Of a stretch of 64,000 bases of DNA, positions 40,071 to 49,493 are shown in pieces. The translations under genes were made by a program, and so were the position numbers. Under the pieces are notes generated by a model. It was not told where the DNA came from. It saw only the letters and a program-made list of their open reading frames with translations, and did no database searches. The stretch comes from a bacterium (GTDB taxonomy: Bacteria; Patescibacteriota; Minisyncoccia; 2-01-FULL-47-10; JBBIMT01). The first letter of the stretch is position 1. Every line of letters begins with the position of its first letter. Location: NCBI GenBank assembly GCA_037443185.1, contig JBBIOV010000001.1, positions 10,866-74,865 of the forward strand, read 5' to 3'.

Positions 40071-41858
40071 TTATATTTGTGGATAAATCTTTTTAATTAA
40101 TTCAATAAAAGTTGCGCTTGACCAAAGTTGACAAAATGATCCAGCTGGCGCGAATGCTCCTGCTGAACTTAATTCTGAAGAATAACCTGGTATCAATTTT
40201 TTCAATATATCTTCACTAGAGGATTGAATAATTGATTTGATTTTATTGGAATATTTTTGAAAATTAACATCAAGAAGGCACCAAGCGGCGATGTTATTTA
40301 GATAAAACCAAGAGTCGCCTTGATGATAACTGCGAGGATTTTCTCCCGTATAAAAAGATGTAAAATGAGGACTATTTTTATCAATTGTACTTATACCTCC
40401 CCACTCAAGATAAATTTTCTCTAAAGTAATATCAAAAATTTTCTCCCATTCACTTTTACGAAATACCCGAGAATAATAATAATAAGCTAAAAAAACATTG
40501 GGTCTAATTGTCAAATCATCGACTCCATCTTTCAAAATTCCATTTTCGTAATATTTATTTCGAATAACACGAATTAATTTATTTAGTGAATTTAAAATAG
40601 TGGTATTTTTAGTTAATTTGAATAAATTTGATAAAAATGCGGCATATAAAAATTGTATCTCAAGTGCAAAATCAGATCTTTTTATAGAATCCATCCAAGT
40701 TTTTTTGCCATCACAAAAAAGTAGCCCATTTATTTCAGATTCTTTAAGAAGTTTACTAATGTGTATGAAAACACTTAAGAAAAGTTTTGACTCCCTTACA
40801 TTAAAAAACGAAGGATTTTCAACATATATATCGAATATTTTTTTAAGATAAAGCAATAATCCATCTAAACTTTGAGTTCCTTCAAAGTTTAGGCTATTCA
40901 TCCTTAAAAAACTTTGCAACCTTATTAACGAAAGTTCTTTAGCTAATTTTTTGTCCAAAAAAGTAAGTGCCTTTAAAGCCATTGCTTCATCACGAAGCCA
41001 AAATTGATAAAACCAAGGGAGTCCAGCGTATAAACCAATGAGAGTTTTTCTGTCTTTAGATAAAACACTGAGATTTTTCAATGCGCTTTTGCATAAAGTA
41101 AGCGCCCAGGATATATTTTCAGGAATATTCTTATGAAAAATGACTTGGCGTTGATTAATTTTTCGAGTTCTTTCAAAAATTACTTTTTTATTTTTATAAA
41201 TTTTATTGAAATTTTTCTGAGCCTCCTCGAAATTTCGACCAGCTGATAAAACCAACTCTTTAGCGCCTAAAATAGAAATTCCTGAAAATACCCATTTTTC
41301 AAAGGGATTAGATACTCTGAATTTATCATAATTATATTCAATCCGAGTCCAATTTTCTTTTTTTTCTATTTTTCCAGCATTGATTTTGCCGATAACATTG
41401 ATTTCAAAAATTTTTTCTTTTTGGCTATTAGTTTGTTGAAAAACAAGATGAAAAGTTTTTTTATCTAATAAATTAATTTTATACAACCTCCCCTCTGTAG
41501 GATTTTCATATCCTTTTTTTATATCGAAATTAATCTCAAAATTTAGTGGCTTGCTTAATTTATAAAACATACCAATAAAACCATAAGGAAGAATAACCTC
41601 TTCAAAAAAACCTTCATAGGACTTTCGAATTTTCCAGATACGATTTTCAAAGCCAATAAGACTGCCTTGAGACAAGACTTTGAAAGAATCAATAATTTTA
41701 AACATTGTCCCGTCAATATTAATATGCCAACCTTGATATCTTGTCTGATTATTATAAGTTAATAAAAAATACCCACCGATGTTATCGCAATTCAAAAGAC
41801 CAATAAAATCTGAGTCAAAAGTGACAGAACGATTTAAAAAATGATGAGTTATCTTCAT
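40071..41858 (-). CDS. Amylo-alpha-1,6-glucosidase (glycogen debranching, GDE family)
   Basis: AGLPWFYQFWLRD, TWMDS, IRPN, SYHQGDSW, QLWS. Confidence 0.88.
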   Translation of the reverse strand: MKITHHFLNRSVTFDSDFIGLLNCDNIGGYFLLTYNNQTRYQGWHINIDGTMFKIIDSFKVLSQGSLIGFENRIWKIRKSYEGFFEEVILPYGFIGMFYKLSKPLNFEINFDIKKGYENPTEGRLYKINLLDKKTFHLVFQQTNSQKEKIFEINVIGKINAGKIEKKENWTRIEYNYDKFRVSNPFEKWVFSGISILGAKELVLSAGRNFEEAQKNFNKIYKNKKVIFERTRKINQRQVIFHKNIPENISWALTLCKSALKNLSVLSKDRKTLIGLYAGLPWFYQFWLRDEAMALKALTFLDKKLAKELSLIRLQSFLRMNSLNFEGTQSLDGLLLYLKKIFDIYVENPSFFNVRESKLFLSVFIHISKLLKESEINGLLFCDGKKTWMDSIKRSDFALEIQFLYAAFLSNLFKLTKNTTILNSLNKLIRVIRNKYYENGILKDGVDDLTIRPNVFLAYYYYSRVFRKSEWEKIFDITLEKIYLEWGGISTIDKNSPHFTSFYTGENPRSYHQGDSWFYLNNIAAWCLLDVNFQKYSNKIKSIIQSSSEDILKKLIPGYSSELSSAGAFAPAGSFCQLWSSATFIELIKKIYPQI

Positions 41859-41891
41859 AATTTAACTAAAATAAAAGTGTAAAATGGTAAA

Positions 41892-42800
41892 TTATAAAGA
41901 TAAATTTTCTATTTGTGTCTTATAAAAATTAGCCGATACCTCAGGAGTAACAGAAATAATGTAATTTTGATTTGCTATTTCTACTGACGCCCAAGTATTA
42001 AGTCGTGGCAAAATTTTCAAATTGAAATGAAGGGGATGCTCTATTGAACCAAATTCAAAATAAAAATTATAAGGCCATGACTGTTGATGAATAATTTTTA
42101 GAATTTTTAAAAAAATATCCGCAAAATCTAAAAAAACTTCTTCGTTAAAATCTTTCCAAGATACAATATGTTCTATCGGAAAAATCCACACCTCGTTATT
42201 AAATTTAGGTGCTATAGGACAGAAAGCCACAACATGTTGATTTTTTGAAATAAGCCTTTCGCTTTTTTGTTCGTTATTTATAATTTCACAATATTGACAA
42301 TAATTATTTTTATTATTTATGTTTGATAAATAAATAATGTAAGGAGGTATTTTTTTATAAATAGCGCCTTGGGAATGAGAATGAAATCTGGAGGCGCCAG
42401 CTTGGCTGCCGTGGTTTTTAAAAATAAAAGGATATTGATAATTTTGGTGCAAAAAATCAACAGCGATATTTTTATAAACTTTTAGTACTTCAATGAAATC
42501 ATTTTTGTTAAAATCACCTAGTTGTTTTTCATGTTGATTAGTTTCGATAATGATAATATTTTTACCAAAAGGCTCTTTGAATGCCGGAAATTTATTTAAA
42601 ACCCATCTGATTTTCCATTTGCCATTGTCTGAAATTTGACCTAACTCTTGTGGAGTTTGATTTTCATTACCAGGACAAAAGGGGCAAATTAAACCTTTAT
42701 TTTCTTTTGTTTCGTCTATCAAAAAGTCATTAGGCCTTTTACTTCTGCTGGTGCTAATTATTGTCTGATAAAGATTAAAATAATCATTTCTTATCTCCAT
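41892..42800 (-). CDS. GalT-like hexose-1-phosphate nucleotidyltransferase
   Basis: RSKRP, CPFCPGNE, NKFPA, NHG..AGAS..HSHSQ (HxHxQ). Confidence 0.9.
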   Translation of the reverse strand: MEIRNDYFNLYQTIISTSRSKRPNDFLIDETKENKGLICPFCPGNENQTPQELGQISDNGKWKIRWVLNKFPAFKEPFGKNIIIIETNQHEKQLGDFNKNDFIEVLKVYKNIAVDFLHQNYQYPFIFKNHGSQAGASRFHSHSQGAIYKKIPPYIIYLSNINNKNNYCQYCEIINNEQKSERLISKNQHVVAFCPIAPKFNNEVWIFPIEHIVSWKDFNEEVFLDFADIFLKILKIIHQQSWPYNFYFEFGSIEHPLHFNLKILPRLNTWASVEIANQNYIISVTPEVSANFYKTQIENLSL

Positions 42801-44578
42801 AAAATTCCAATGGCTTTATTATGAGCCTCAAGATAATATCTTATTAAATTTTCCCATCCGGCATATTCAGATAATTGCCGTGCTTCGATTTTATCTAATA
42901 CCCTTTCTTGTTGACTATGACAGGAGTAATCAAATAAGATATCAGCCAGTTGGGTCACTATTTCATTATACTCTTTTTTATATCTTTTGACAATAAAAAT
43001 GCCTGGATGACTTTTATTTTTTATTTTATCCTCGATAAATCTTCCAAACCCAGCTAAATCAGTAGTAACCGCTGGTACTCCTTGGGCAATTGTTTCAAGC
43101 GGGGTATATCCCCAAGGTTCATAATAAGAAGGAAAAACTCCTAAATGCGACCCCTGCACAACTTCTTCGTAGGTCATATTTAATAAACCATCAGAGCTTC
43201 CTAAATAAATTGGATAAATTATAATTTTGACTTTATCGTTTTTATGATTCAAAAGTTTAACTTTTTGAGCTTGTGCTATAATAGGATCATTACTGTTTAA
43301 AAGATCGTGAGTGGTAATTGATACAAAATCAGCAGGGTTTCTGAATTTTAATAACTTGTATTTTAATGATTCAATTTTTTTTGACTCAAACAAAATATTT
43401 TCAGATAAAGGCAAACCCGATATTAAATTATACAAAAGCATACTTTCAATAGATTGTTCTTCTTCTAACACCGATTGTTTAAAATTCAAATAATTTTCCC
43501 GAGATTCTACCAACTCGATTTTGATTCCTCTTACCGGTGCCGGAATAAAAACAAAAGCAACTATTGTTTTTTTTGAATTAACTTTTTTTAATCTTTGATT
43601 TAAATTAGCCAACGCGTCTAAAAGAACATTAATTCCTTTATTGTGTATTTCGTATCTGCCAGAAATGAAATAAAATAAAGTTTCTTTAATATCAAAAGTA
43701 TAATAAGGAAAAAAATAATATAACAAAAACTCGCGAAGTCTTTCTCTTTTTAGATGATGTTTATAAGAAATATCTTCAAAAGATAAAACACGCTGGATAT
43801 CAAGCCCATTTGGCAACAAAATATCAGCTTTACGCCCCAAGAAATGCTCAACTTCAATAGCGGTTATTGAGCTGACGGTTGTTAAAATATGAGATAGTGA
43901 TGCTGATAACTTTTCAAGTTGATGTTTGGGTAATACACCGTAATTTTTAGCTTCTTGCTCAGGATTATATTTTTCTATCTCTTCATACAAAGGTTTATTA
44001 TCTCCTGCGAGTGCGCGACCAAGCACTGTAGCATGAGTGGTAAAAACAGTGGCGATTGGAATTTTCTTTAAATATAAATAAAGCAAAGCACCACCACTTA
44101 ACCATTCATGAAAATGAGCTACTGCCTTAAATTTATTATTTAGGGCTTCCTTAAAATATTCTTCCAAAAATCTACCAACAGCTATTGACCACAAAAAAGG
44201 CTCGTCAAAATCCCGCGGAGAACCTAACGTATCCAGTCTAAATTCTTGCCAAAACCAACCTTTGTAATCATTAATCTTGTTCCATAAACCATTATAATCA
44301 ATCAAAATAACATTTATTTCTTTATGAATTAACCATTGACCAAAATGACAAACAATGCCTTCAGTTTCTAATTTTTTAAAAACACTTTTGAATTCCTCAG
44401 GTGGCGCCATTTCTTTAAATTCACCCTTAATATTGTTATGGAAATAAGGGCCAATACCAAAATACGAATTGTGATAATATTTTTGCATCTCAGCAACTTT
44501 AGTAGTTAAAACAGCGTAGATGCCACCTACTTTATTACAAACTTCCCATGATATTTCAAATAAAATATCTGGCTTCAT
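42791..44578 (-). CDS. GT3 family glycogen synthase
   Basis: FEISWEVCNKVGGIY, HFHEW, TTHATVLGR, SGRYE..NKG, FPSYYEPWGYTPLE; the track's extra 20 N-terminal codons overlap tRNA-Gly, so start set to ATG 44578. Confidence 0.95.
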   Translation of the reverse strand: MKPDILFEISWEVCNKVGGIYAVLTTKVAEMQKYYHNSYFGIGPYFHNNIKGEFKEMAPPEEFKSVFKKLETEGIVCHFGQWLIHKEINVILIDYNGLWNKINDYKGWFWQEFRLDTLGSPRDFDEPFLWSIAVGRFLEEYFKEALNNKFKAVAHFHEWLSGGALLYLYLKKIPIATVFTTHATVLGRALAGDNKPLYEEIEKYNPEQEAKNYGVLPKHQLEKLSASLSHILTTVSSITAIEVEHFLGRKADILLPNGLDIQRVLSFEDISYKHHLKRERLREFLLYYFFPYYTFDIKETLFYFISGRYEIHNKGINVLLDALANLNQRLKKVNSKKTIVAFVFIPAPVRGIKIELVESRENYLNFKQSVLEEEQSIESMLLYNLISGLPLSENILFESKKIESLKYKLLKFRNPADFVSITTHDLLNSNDPIIAQAQKVKLLNHKNDKVKIIIYPIYLGSSDGLLNMTYEEVVQGSHLGVFPSYYEPWGYTPLETIAQGVPAVTTDLAGFGRFIEDKIKNKSHPGIFIVKRYKKEYNEIVTQLADILFDYSCHSQQERVLDKIEARQLSEYAGWENLIRYYLEAHNKAIGILWR

Positions 44579-44581
44579 AAA

Positions 44582-44652
44582 AGCGAGCGAGGGGAATCGA
44601 ACCCCCATCTCAACCTTGGGAAGGTTGCATTTTGCCACTAAACTACACTCGC
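44582..44652 (-). tRNA. tRNA-Gly (CCC), CCA not encoded
   Basis: GCGAGTG acceptor / CGCTCGC-T; anticodon arm CAACC-TTCCCAA-GGTTG; T arm GGGGG-TTCGATT-CCCCT. Confidence 0.95.
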
Positions 44653-44711
44653 AAAATTGCTATTAATTATTAAGAATAAAAATTGACGGCAAAATATTTG
44701 GTTAATAATAT

Positions 44712-44740
44712 ATTTTACTATTAACCACTTATTTAAGCAA
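44712..44740 (-). promoter_or_regulatory. Putative promoter for tRNA-Gly and the glucan operon
   Basis: TTGCTT-N17-TAAAAT; overlapped by inverted repeat 44699-44727. Confidence 0.5.
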
Positions 44741-44876
44741 ATATTCAAACTAAAATTATTAATGATTTAAAATGTACAAATTAAAATAATGTCATTTAAA
44801 GATAAATAATTAAAGCGCGCTTATTTTACCACACACAAAATACCTAGTATTTACCGATTTATTTAGATGATTTTTA

Positions 44877-45437
44877 TTATTTTTTAATTTGTTGATAATA
44901 ATCAGGAAAAATATCTTCAGTATTATTCACTTTATTTGAATATCGGGCTAAAACGAACAAAAAATCAGAAAGGCGATTTATAAATTTTAATATCGTTCTA
45001 TTGGGTAAAACCTCCTTTTCATTTAACCTTACTATAGATCTTTCAGCGCGTCGACAAATAGTCCTGGCAAAGTGTAACGCTGCACTATCGCGAGCGCCCT
45101 GAGGTAAAATAAATTTATTTAAAGGTGTTAAATGTTTTTCCAGCTTATCTATTGCTTTTTCCAATTTTAAAACATCTTCTTCATTGATAGGATTTATATG
45201 GTCTATTTTTTTTACATCCATCAAGGCTATTTCAGAAAGAACTCTGAAAATTTGATTCTGAATCTTTGTTAAAATATCTTTGAACCACTTTCGCCCGCTT
45301 AAAGCAACGCAGTATCCCAAAAACGAATTGAGTTCATCTAAATTGCCCAATGCTTCAACTTTTAAGTCACTTTTAGTAGTTTTTCCCCCAGGCAGTGAAG
45401 TTTTTCCTTCATCACCTTTTTTTGTATAAATAGGCAT
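44877..45437 (-). CDS. pduO: PduO-type cob(I)alamin adenosyltransferase
   Basis: IYTKKGDEGKT, GNLDELNS, FILP, ARTICRRAER, NRLSDFLFVLAR. Confidence 0.95.
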   Translation of the reverse strand: MPIYTKKGDEGKTSLPGGKTTKSDLKVEALGNLDELNSFLGYCVALSGRKWFKDILTKIQNQIFRVLSEIALMDVKKIDHINPINEEDVLKLEKAIDKLEKHLTPLNKFILPQGARDSAALHFARTICRRAERSIVRLNEKEVLPNRTILKFINRLSDFLFVLARYSNKVNNTEDIFPDYYQQIKK

Positions 45438-45509
45438 AAAAAAAATAATAACTTTAAAATTGAATTATTAAAAATATCCAGATTAAATTAAAAAATATAT
45501 TTATGGTTT

Positions 45510-46028
45510 TTAAGTGTATTTGTCAGCAATGACGGAAGCGCCATAAGCTTCAGGTTTAGTTCTTACATCAAAACCAGATCCGCGTATCATTCCAACAATT
45601 TCATTTATCATTTCACGAGTTGGTCCACCATTGCCAATATCAACATGAATTTCAATATTGTATTTAAAAACAAAATGATTATTGCCTAAATGATTTTTCA
45701 GCGCTTCTATCAGTTTGGAAGCTATATCCATAGAATCAATTGCTTCTTTATAAATTCTAGAGCGCAAATTTATCTGTTTGTGATGATGAGTTCTCCTCCA
45801 AAAATATCTCCCACCACTGCCTACTTTGTGAATTGCTATAATTGAAACAAAATCGGCATAATTATACTTTGTTTGAGAGTCGCTGCCAACAACTATTTTA
45901 TACTTATTTTTAGGGCTTTCATCCATAAACTTCACTATTGACTCTATAACCTCCTCAAAAGATAAAACTCCAAAAGTAGGACTGACAAACTTTCCTAATA
46001 AATTGTTAATATTTTTAGATTGATTCAT
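45510..46028 (-). CDS. YkuK/DUF458 RNase H-like protein
   Basis: VGSDSQ, GGRYF, RIYKEA..S, EIHVDIG..GPT, KPEAYGAS.IADKYT. Confidence 0.88.
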   Translation of the reverse strand: MNQSKNINNLLGKFVSPTFGVLSFEEVIESIVKFMDESPKNKYKIVVGSDSQTKYNYADFVSIIAIHKVGSGGRYFWRRTHHHKQINLRSRIYKEAIDSMDIASKLIEALKNHLGNNHFVFKYNIEIHVDIGNGGPTREMINEIVGMIRGSGFDVRTKPEAYGASVIADKYT

Positions 46029-46054
46029 TTTTAAATTTTTTAAGAAAATATTAA

Positions 46055-46393
46055 TTATATCAAAAAAACGATGATTGCAATTAATATAGCCATAATTGAT
46101 AATATCAAAACAGCACCGGCTAAAATATCTTTGACATACTTAATTGAAGGATGGTGTTCTTTAATTAAAATATCCAGTATTTTTTCACAGGCAGTATTAA
46201 CCAATTCAAAAGACAAAACAAATGCTACAGTAATCAATAAAACCGCCCATTTCCACGCACTAATATTTGCTAAAACACCAAGTAACAATACAGCCAATGC
46301 AATAATCAATTGAATTTTAAAATTAGGTTCTTTTTTAAAAGCCTCAACCACTCCCTCAATCGCCCAGTAAAAACTTTTTTTTAATCTCATCAT
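46055..46393 (-). CDS. dgkA: DgkA family undecaprenol/diacylglycerol kinase
   Basis: SF.WAIEG, EPNF, ELVNTACE, KDILAGAVL. Confidence 0.92.
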   Translation of the reverse strand: MMRLKKSFYWAIEGVVEAFKKEPNFKIQLIIALAVLLLGVLANISAWKWAVLLITVAFVLSFELVNTACEKILDILIKEHHPSIKYVKDILAGAVLILSIMAILIAIIVFLI

Positions 46394-46453
46394 ATTTAAA
46401 TTTGTTTTTCGTTTTACCGAAAAAATTGTTTTTTAAAAAATTTTTAAAAAAAT

Positions 46454-46966
46454 TTATTTGAAGTTACTAAAAAGTGATAATTTGTGTAAAAAAATGTATG
46501 ATGCTACTGCAAAAGATACAGATACATTTAACGATTCTTTTTTGCCAAACATAGGAATAAAAATGATATCATCACAGTTTTTTAAAATATTTCGCGGAAG
46601 ACCTTCAATCTCATTACCAACTACCAAAGCAGTTTTTAGCTCAAAATGAAAATTAAAGATATTTTTTGCCTTTTTATTAATCTCAAGGGCTAAAACCTTA
46701 TACCCTTCTTGCTTTAAATGTTTTATCACTTTTGAAGTGCTGTAAACTTTCTGGAACTGAACTGTTTTTTCAGAACCCAGTGAAACTTTTTCTATTTTAG
46801 GGTGCGGTGGCGCTGGCGAGATGCCACATAAATAAATTTTTTTTAATCCGACGCAATCACCAATTCTAAAGAGAGCACCAATATTATAGCGGCTTCGAAT
46901 ATTACTTGCGACCAGCACAAGTTCATATTTTAGGTTTATATTCTTTAGGAATTTCGTATCTTTCAT
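46454..46966 (-). CDS. SpoU/TrmH family RNA methyltransferase
   Basis: NIRSRYNIGALFR, VGNEIEG, IPMFGKKESLNVS; start uncertain. Confidence 0.92.
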   Translation of the reverse strand: MKDTKFLKNINLKYELVLVASNIRSRYNIGALFRIGDCVGLKKIYLCGISPAPPHPKIEKVSLGSEKTVQFQKVYSTSKVIKHLKQEGYKVLALEINKKAKNIFNFHFELKTALVVGNEIEGLPRNILKNCDDIIFIPMFGKKESLNVSVSFAVASYIFLHKLSLFSNFK

Positions 46967-47741
46967 TTAAAATCTGCGATTGATTAATGCTATCGATTCT
47001 TAAAAGCCGCATCTTTTGGGCTTTAGTATCAAAAGCCTCAATAAAACTGCCTTTCATTTGATAAATTTCAATGGTAAATTCTTGAACCCTTTGGTTTTCA
47101 TTGCCTACATAACAAATTTTTAATCTTTTTTGAGATTGAAATGCTTCTTTAATATTTTTGTTTTTTTCTGAAATTTCATTTTGTAAAGCATAACTAACCG
47201 GGATTTTAATAATTTCTGTATTATTTTTTAAAAAAGCTTTTATATATCCGTTTTTAAGCCCGAATTCATAAATCTCCTTTGTTAGTTGGACATCCTGAAG
47301 ACAATATTGTTTTATCTTATCGATCATTCCATTTTTGAACCATTTTATTGCTTGAATACCGCTTGTAGTTTTATTTTTATTTAAAGTGCCAAAAGCAACC
47401 GCATCAAGTGATAAACGAAAACCCAAATGATTGATTATTTCATCCATAAGATCGAGGCATTTAATTTGTTGTAAATTAAAGTCAGCATAAGGTTTTAAGA
47501 CCTCTAAATCAAAATTTCTAATATTAAAACCAATCACTAAAGGATTTTGCTTTAAAAGCTTCAAAAATTTGGCAATTTCTTTTTCTTCATAAATATAATA
47601 TTTATTTTCACGAAAAGAAAAAAAACTCAAAACAGATATTTTGAGCAGATGCAAATTGTTTCGCCCACCAACTTCCTTAAAATCTCTTTGTGTTTCTAAA
47701 TCAAAAACAATCCTATCTTGATCATCAATTAAACTGCTCAT
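46923..47741 (-). CDS. RNase_H_2/YprB-like DEDD exonuclease with WYL-like C-terminal domain
   Basis: FDLET, GFN..NFD, YCLQDV; C-terminal AF....LKICY...IEIY....IEAFD....RLLRIDSI. Confidence 0.8.
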   Translation of the reverse strand: MSSLIDDQDRIVFDLETQRDFKEVGGRNNLHLLKISVLSFFSFRENKYYIYEEKEIAKFLKLLKQNPLVIGFNIRNFDLEVLKPYADFNLQQIKCLDLMDEIINHLGFRLSLDAVAFGTLNKNKTTSGIQAIKWFKNGMIDKIKQYCLQDVQLTKEIYEFGLKNGYIKAFLKNNTEIIKIPVSYALQNEISEKNKNIKEAFQSQKRLKICYVGNENQRVQEFTIEIYQMKGSFIEAFDTKAQKMRLLRIDSINQSQILNERYEIPKEYKPKI

Positions 47742-47767
47742 AACCGAAAAGTTGTTAAAAAATAGGT

Positions 47768-48157
47768 TTATTTTCTTTTAAGCCATGGTTTATCAGGATA
47801 CTTTCGGATAAGATATTCAAATCTATCTATTACCTGCCCTGTTTTTTCATCAAAAAGAGGAGTTCCTCCGGCATATATTGTATCTTTTGAATCACCGAAT
47901 TCATTTAAATTATTTTCTTTTAACCATTGTTCAATTAAAGGTTTTTCTTCTTCTAAATTGTTTTTTAATGCATTGGGCACTTTCTCAAAATCATTTTTAT
48001 TGAAATCTTTAAGATTTTGGTTTTGAAAGTTAAGATACTGGTTAAAAAAACCACCCGCGTAATTGTTAAAAGCCACGCCATAACCTAGCATAAAACCTAT
48101 CAAAAAACTTGCCAGTAAAGAAAACCAAATATAAATTTTTTTATCATTTAAGTTCAT
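47768..48157 (-). CDS. Hypothetical membrane-anchored protein with NEFGD..YAGGTPLFDE motif
   Basis: N-terminal TM; C-terminal W..ENNLNEFGDSKDTIYAGGTPLFDEKTG...DRFEYL...PDKPW. Confidence 0.8.
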   Translation of the reverse strand: MNLNDKKIYIWFSLLASFLIGFMLGYGVAFNNYAGGFFNQYLNFQNQNLKDFNKNDFEKVPNALKNNLEEEKPLIEQWLKENNLNEFGDSKDTIYAGGTPLFDEKTGQVIDRFEYLIRKYPDKPWLKRK

Positions 48158-48295
48158 AAAATTATTTTATCAAAAATACACTAAAAAACAAGTTAAAAAT
48201 TATATCAATTTTCTAGCTTTCTTCGAAGATTGAAGTGTGAACAAAAAATTTTTAAAGTGTTTTAAAATATTCCGCATTTTGATATTTAATTAATT

Positions 48296-49435
48296 TTAGC
48301 GAATAATTTTTTTGTACACCTTCTCAATTTTTGAAGTGACAAAAGCCGCTGAATATTTTTTAGCATCAGCTCTTATTCTTAATGAAAATAAAAAAAAAAA
48401 TTTATTATTTGATAGGGCTATATTTAACGCTTCAGCGTATTTTTTTACTCCGCCATCTACTAAATATCCATTTTTTTGATTTATGATCACTCCTTTTAAA
48501 TAATCAGCTTTTTTAGCAACTATAATGCATCCTGACGCCATTGCTTCATTTAAGGCTAAACATTGAGTCTCAAAATCTGACACTTGGGCAAAAATATCAC
48601 ATCCTTGATAAAAAAGAGGTAATTTATCAGAGTGAATTTGTCCTAATAAAATCACCCTATGTTTTAAATCCAATGTTCTAATTAAGCTTTTAATTTTTAA
48701 AATCGCCACACCATCTCCAATAATAACCAAAAAAATATTCTTTTTTTTCAAAAGAGCAAAACTTTCAATTAAAAAATCAATATTTTTTTCGAAAGAAATT
48801 CGCGATACAGCTAAAATAATTTTACTTTTGAAGGGCAGTTTAAGTTTTTTTCTCAATTTCGCTTGAGCGTTTTTAATTTTTTTATCAAAAAATTTATCAC
48901 TAATTGGAAAAGGAATAACAAAAACCTTTTTTTTATCTATTTTTGAAAAAACCGTTTTAAAAATTCGATGAGGTATGATAACTGCATCGGCCACTAAAGC
49001 ATATTCATCGCAAAGTTGACCAACGATTTTGGTTACTAAATGAAATGGAAAAAAATTGAAAAACCGCAACAAATAAGAATGCCATTGAGAATGGTAAGAA
49101 TATACTAAGGGAATATCATATTTTTTTGAAAAATGCATTGCTAATTGACCCAAAAAAATAGGATGGTGTGAATGAATAATATCAAAACGATATTGGCAAA
49201 AATGTTTTTCTATTGAAAAATTAGGTAAAGGAATGGGGTAAAAGATATGATGAGGAACATTCAGTGAAGGGATTCTAATAATATTATCGGAATCATTAAT
49301 TTGCTGAAAATATTTAGGAGCATAAATGATAACATTATGATTTAATTTTTTTAATTGATTTTGCAAAACAGAAATAGAATGAGCTGGACCACTAACACGT
49401 GGTAAATAATTATTTGTAAACATCGCAATTTTCAT
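48296..49435 (-). CDS. GT4 glycosyltransferase (monoglucosyl-diacylglycerol synthase-like)
   Basis: MKIAMFTNNYLPRVSG, IHSHHP, SRISFEKN, ETQCLALNEAMA. Confidence 0.9.
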   Translation of the reverse strand: MKIAMFTNNYLPRVSGPAHSISVLQNQLKKLNHNVIIYAPKYFQQINDSDNIIRIPSLNVPHHIFYPIPLPNFSIEKHFCQYRFDIIHSHHPIFLGQLAMHFSKKYDIPLVYSYHSQWHSYLLRFFNFFPFHLVTKIVGQLCDEYALVADAVIIPHRIFKTVFSKIDKKKVFVIPFPISDKFFDKKIKNAQAKLRKKLKLPFKSKIILAVSRISFEKNIDFLIESFALLKKKNIFLVIIGDGVAILKIKSLIRTLDLKHRVILLGQIHSDKLPLFYQGCDIFAQVSDFETQCLALNEAMASGCIIVAKKADYLKGVIINQKNGYLVDGGVKKYAEALNIALSNNKFFFLFSLRIRADAKKYSAAFVTSKIEKVYKKIIR

Positions 49436-49493
49436 AATTTTTTAAATTATTTCAAATTTTATTTTAATGATTGATTTGAAATTAAATAAAAAA

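Noticed and set aside
44579-44638. 20-aa N-terminal extension of glycogen synthase in the ORF track
   Set aside because: It is read through the tRNA-Gly gene; GT3 similarity begins at MKPDILFE
46915-46966. Possible frameshift at the TrmH start (out-of-frame ATG overlapping the upstream stop)
   Set aside because: In-frame ATG 46966 or a nearby GTG explains the gene without invoking a frameshift
48390-48400. A11 tract in a GT4 gene as a phase-variation site
   Set aside because: ORF is intact and long A/T runs are common at this base composition; needs read-level evidence
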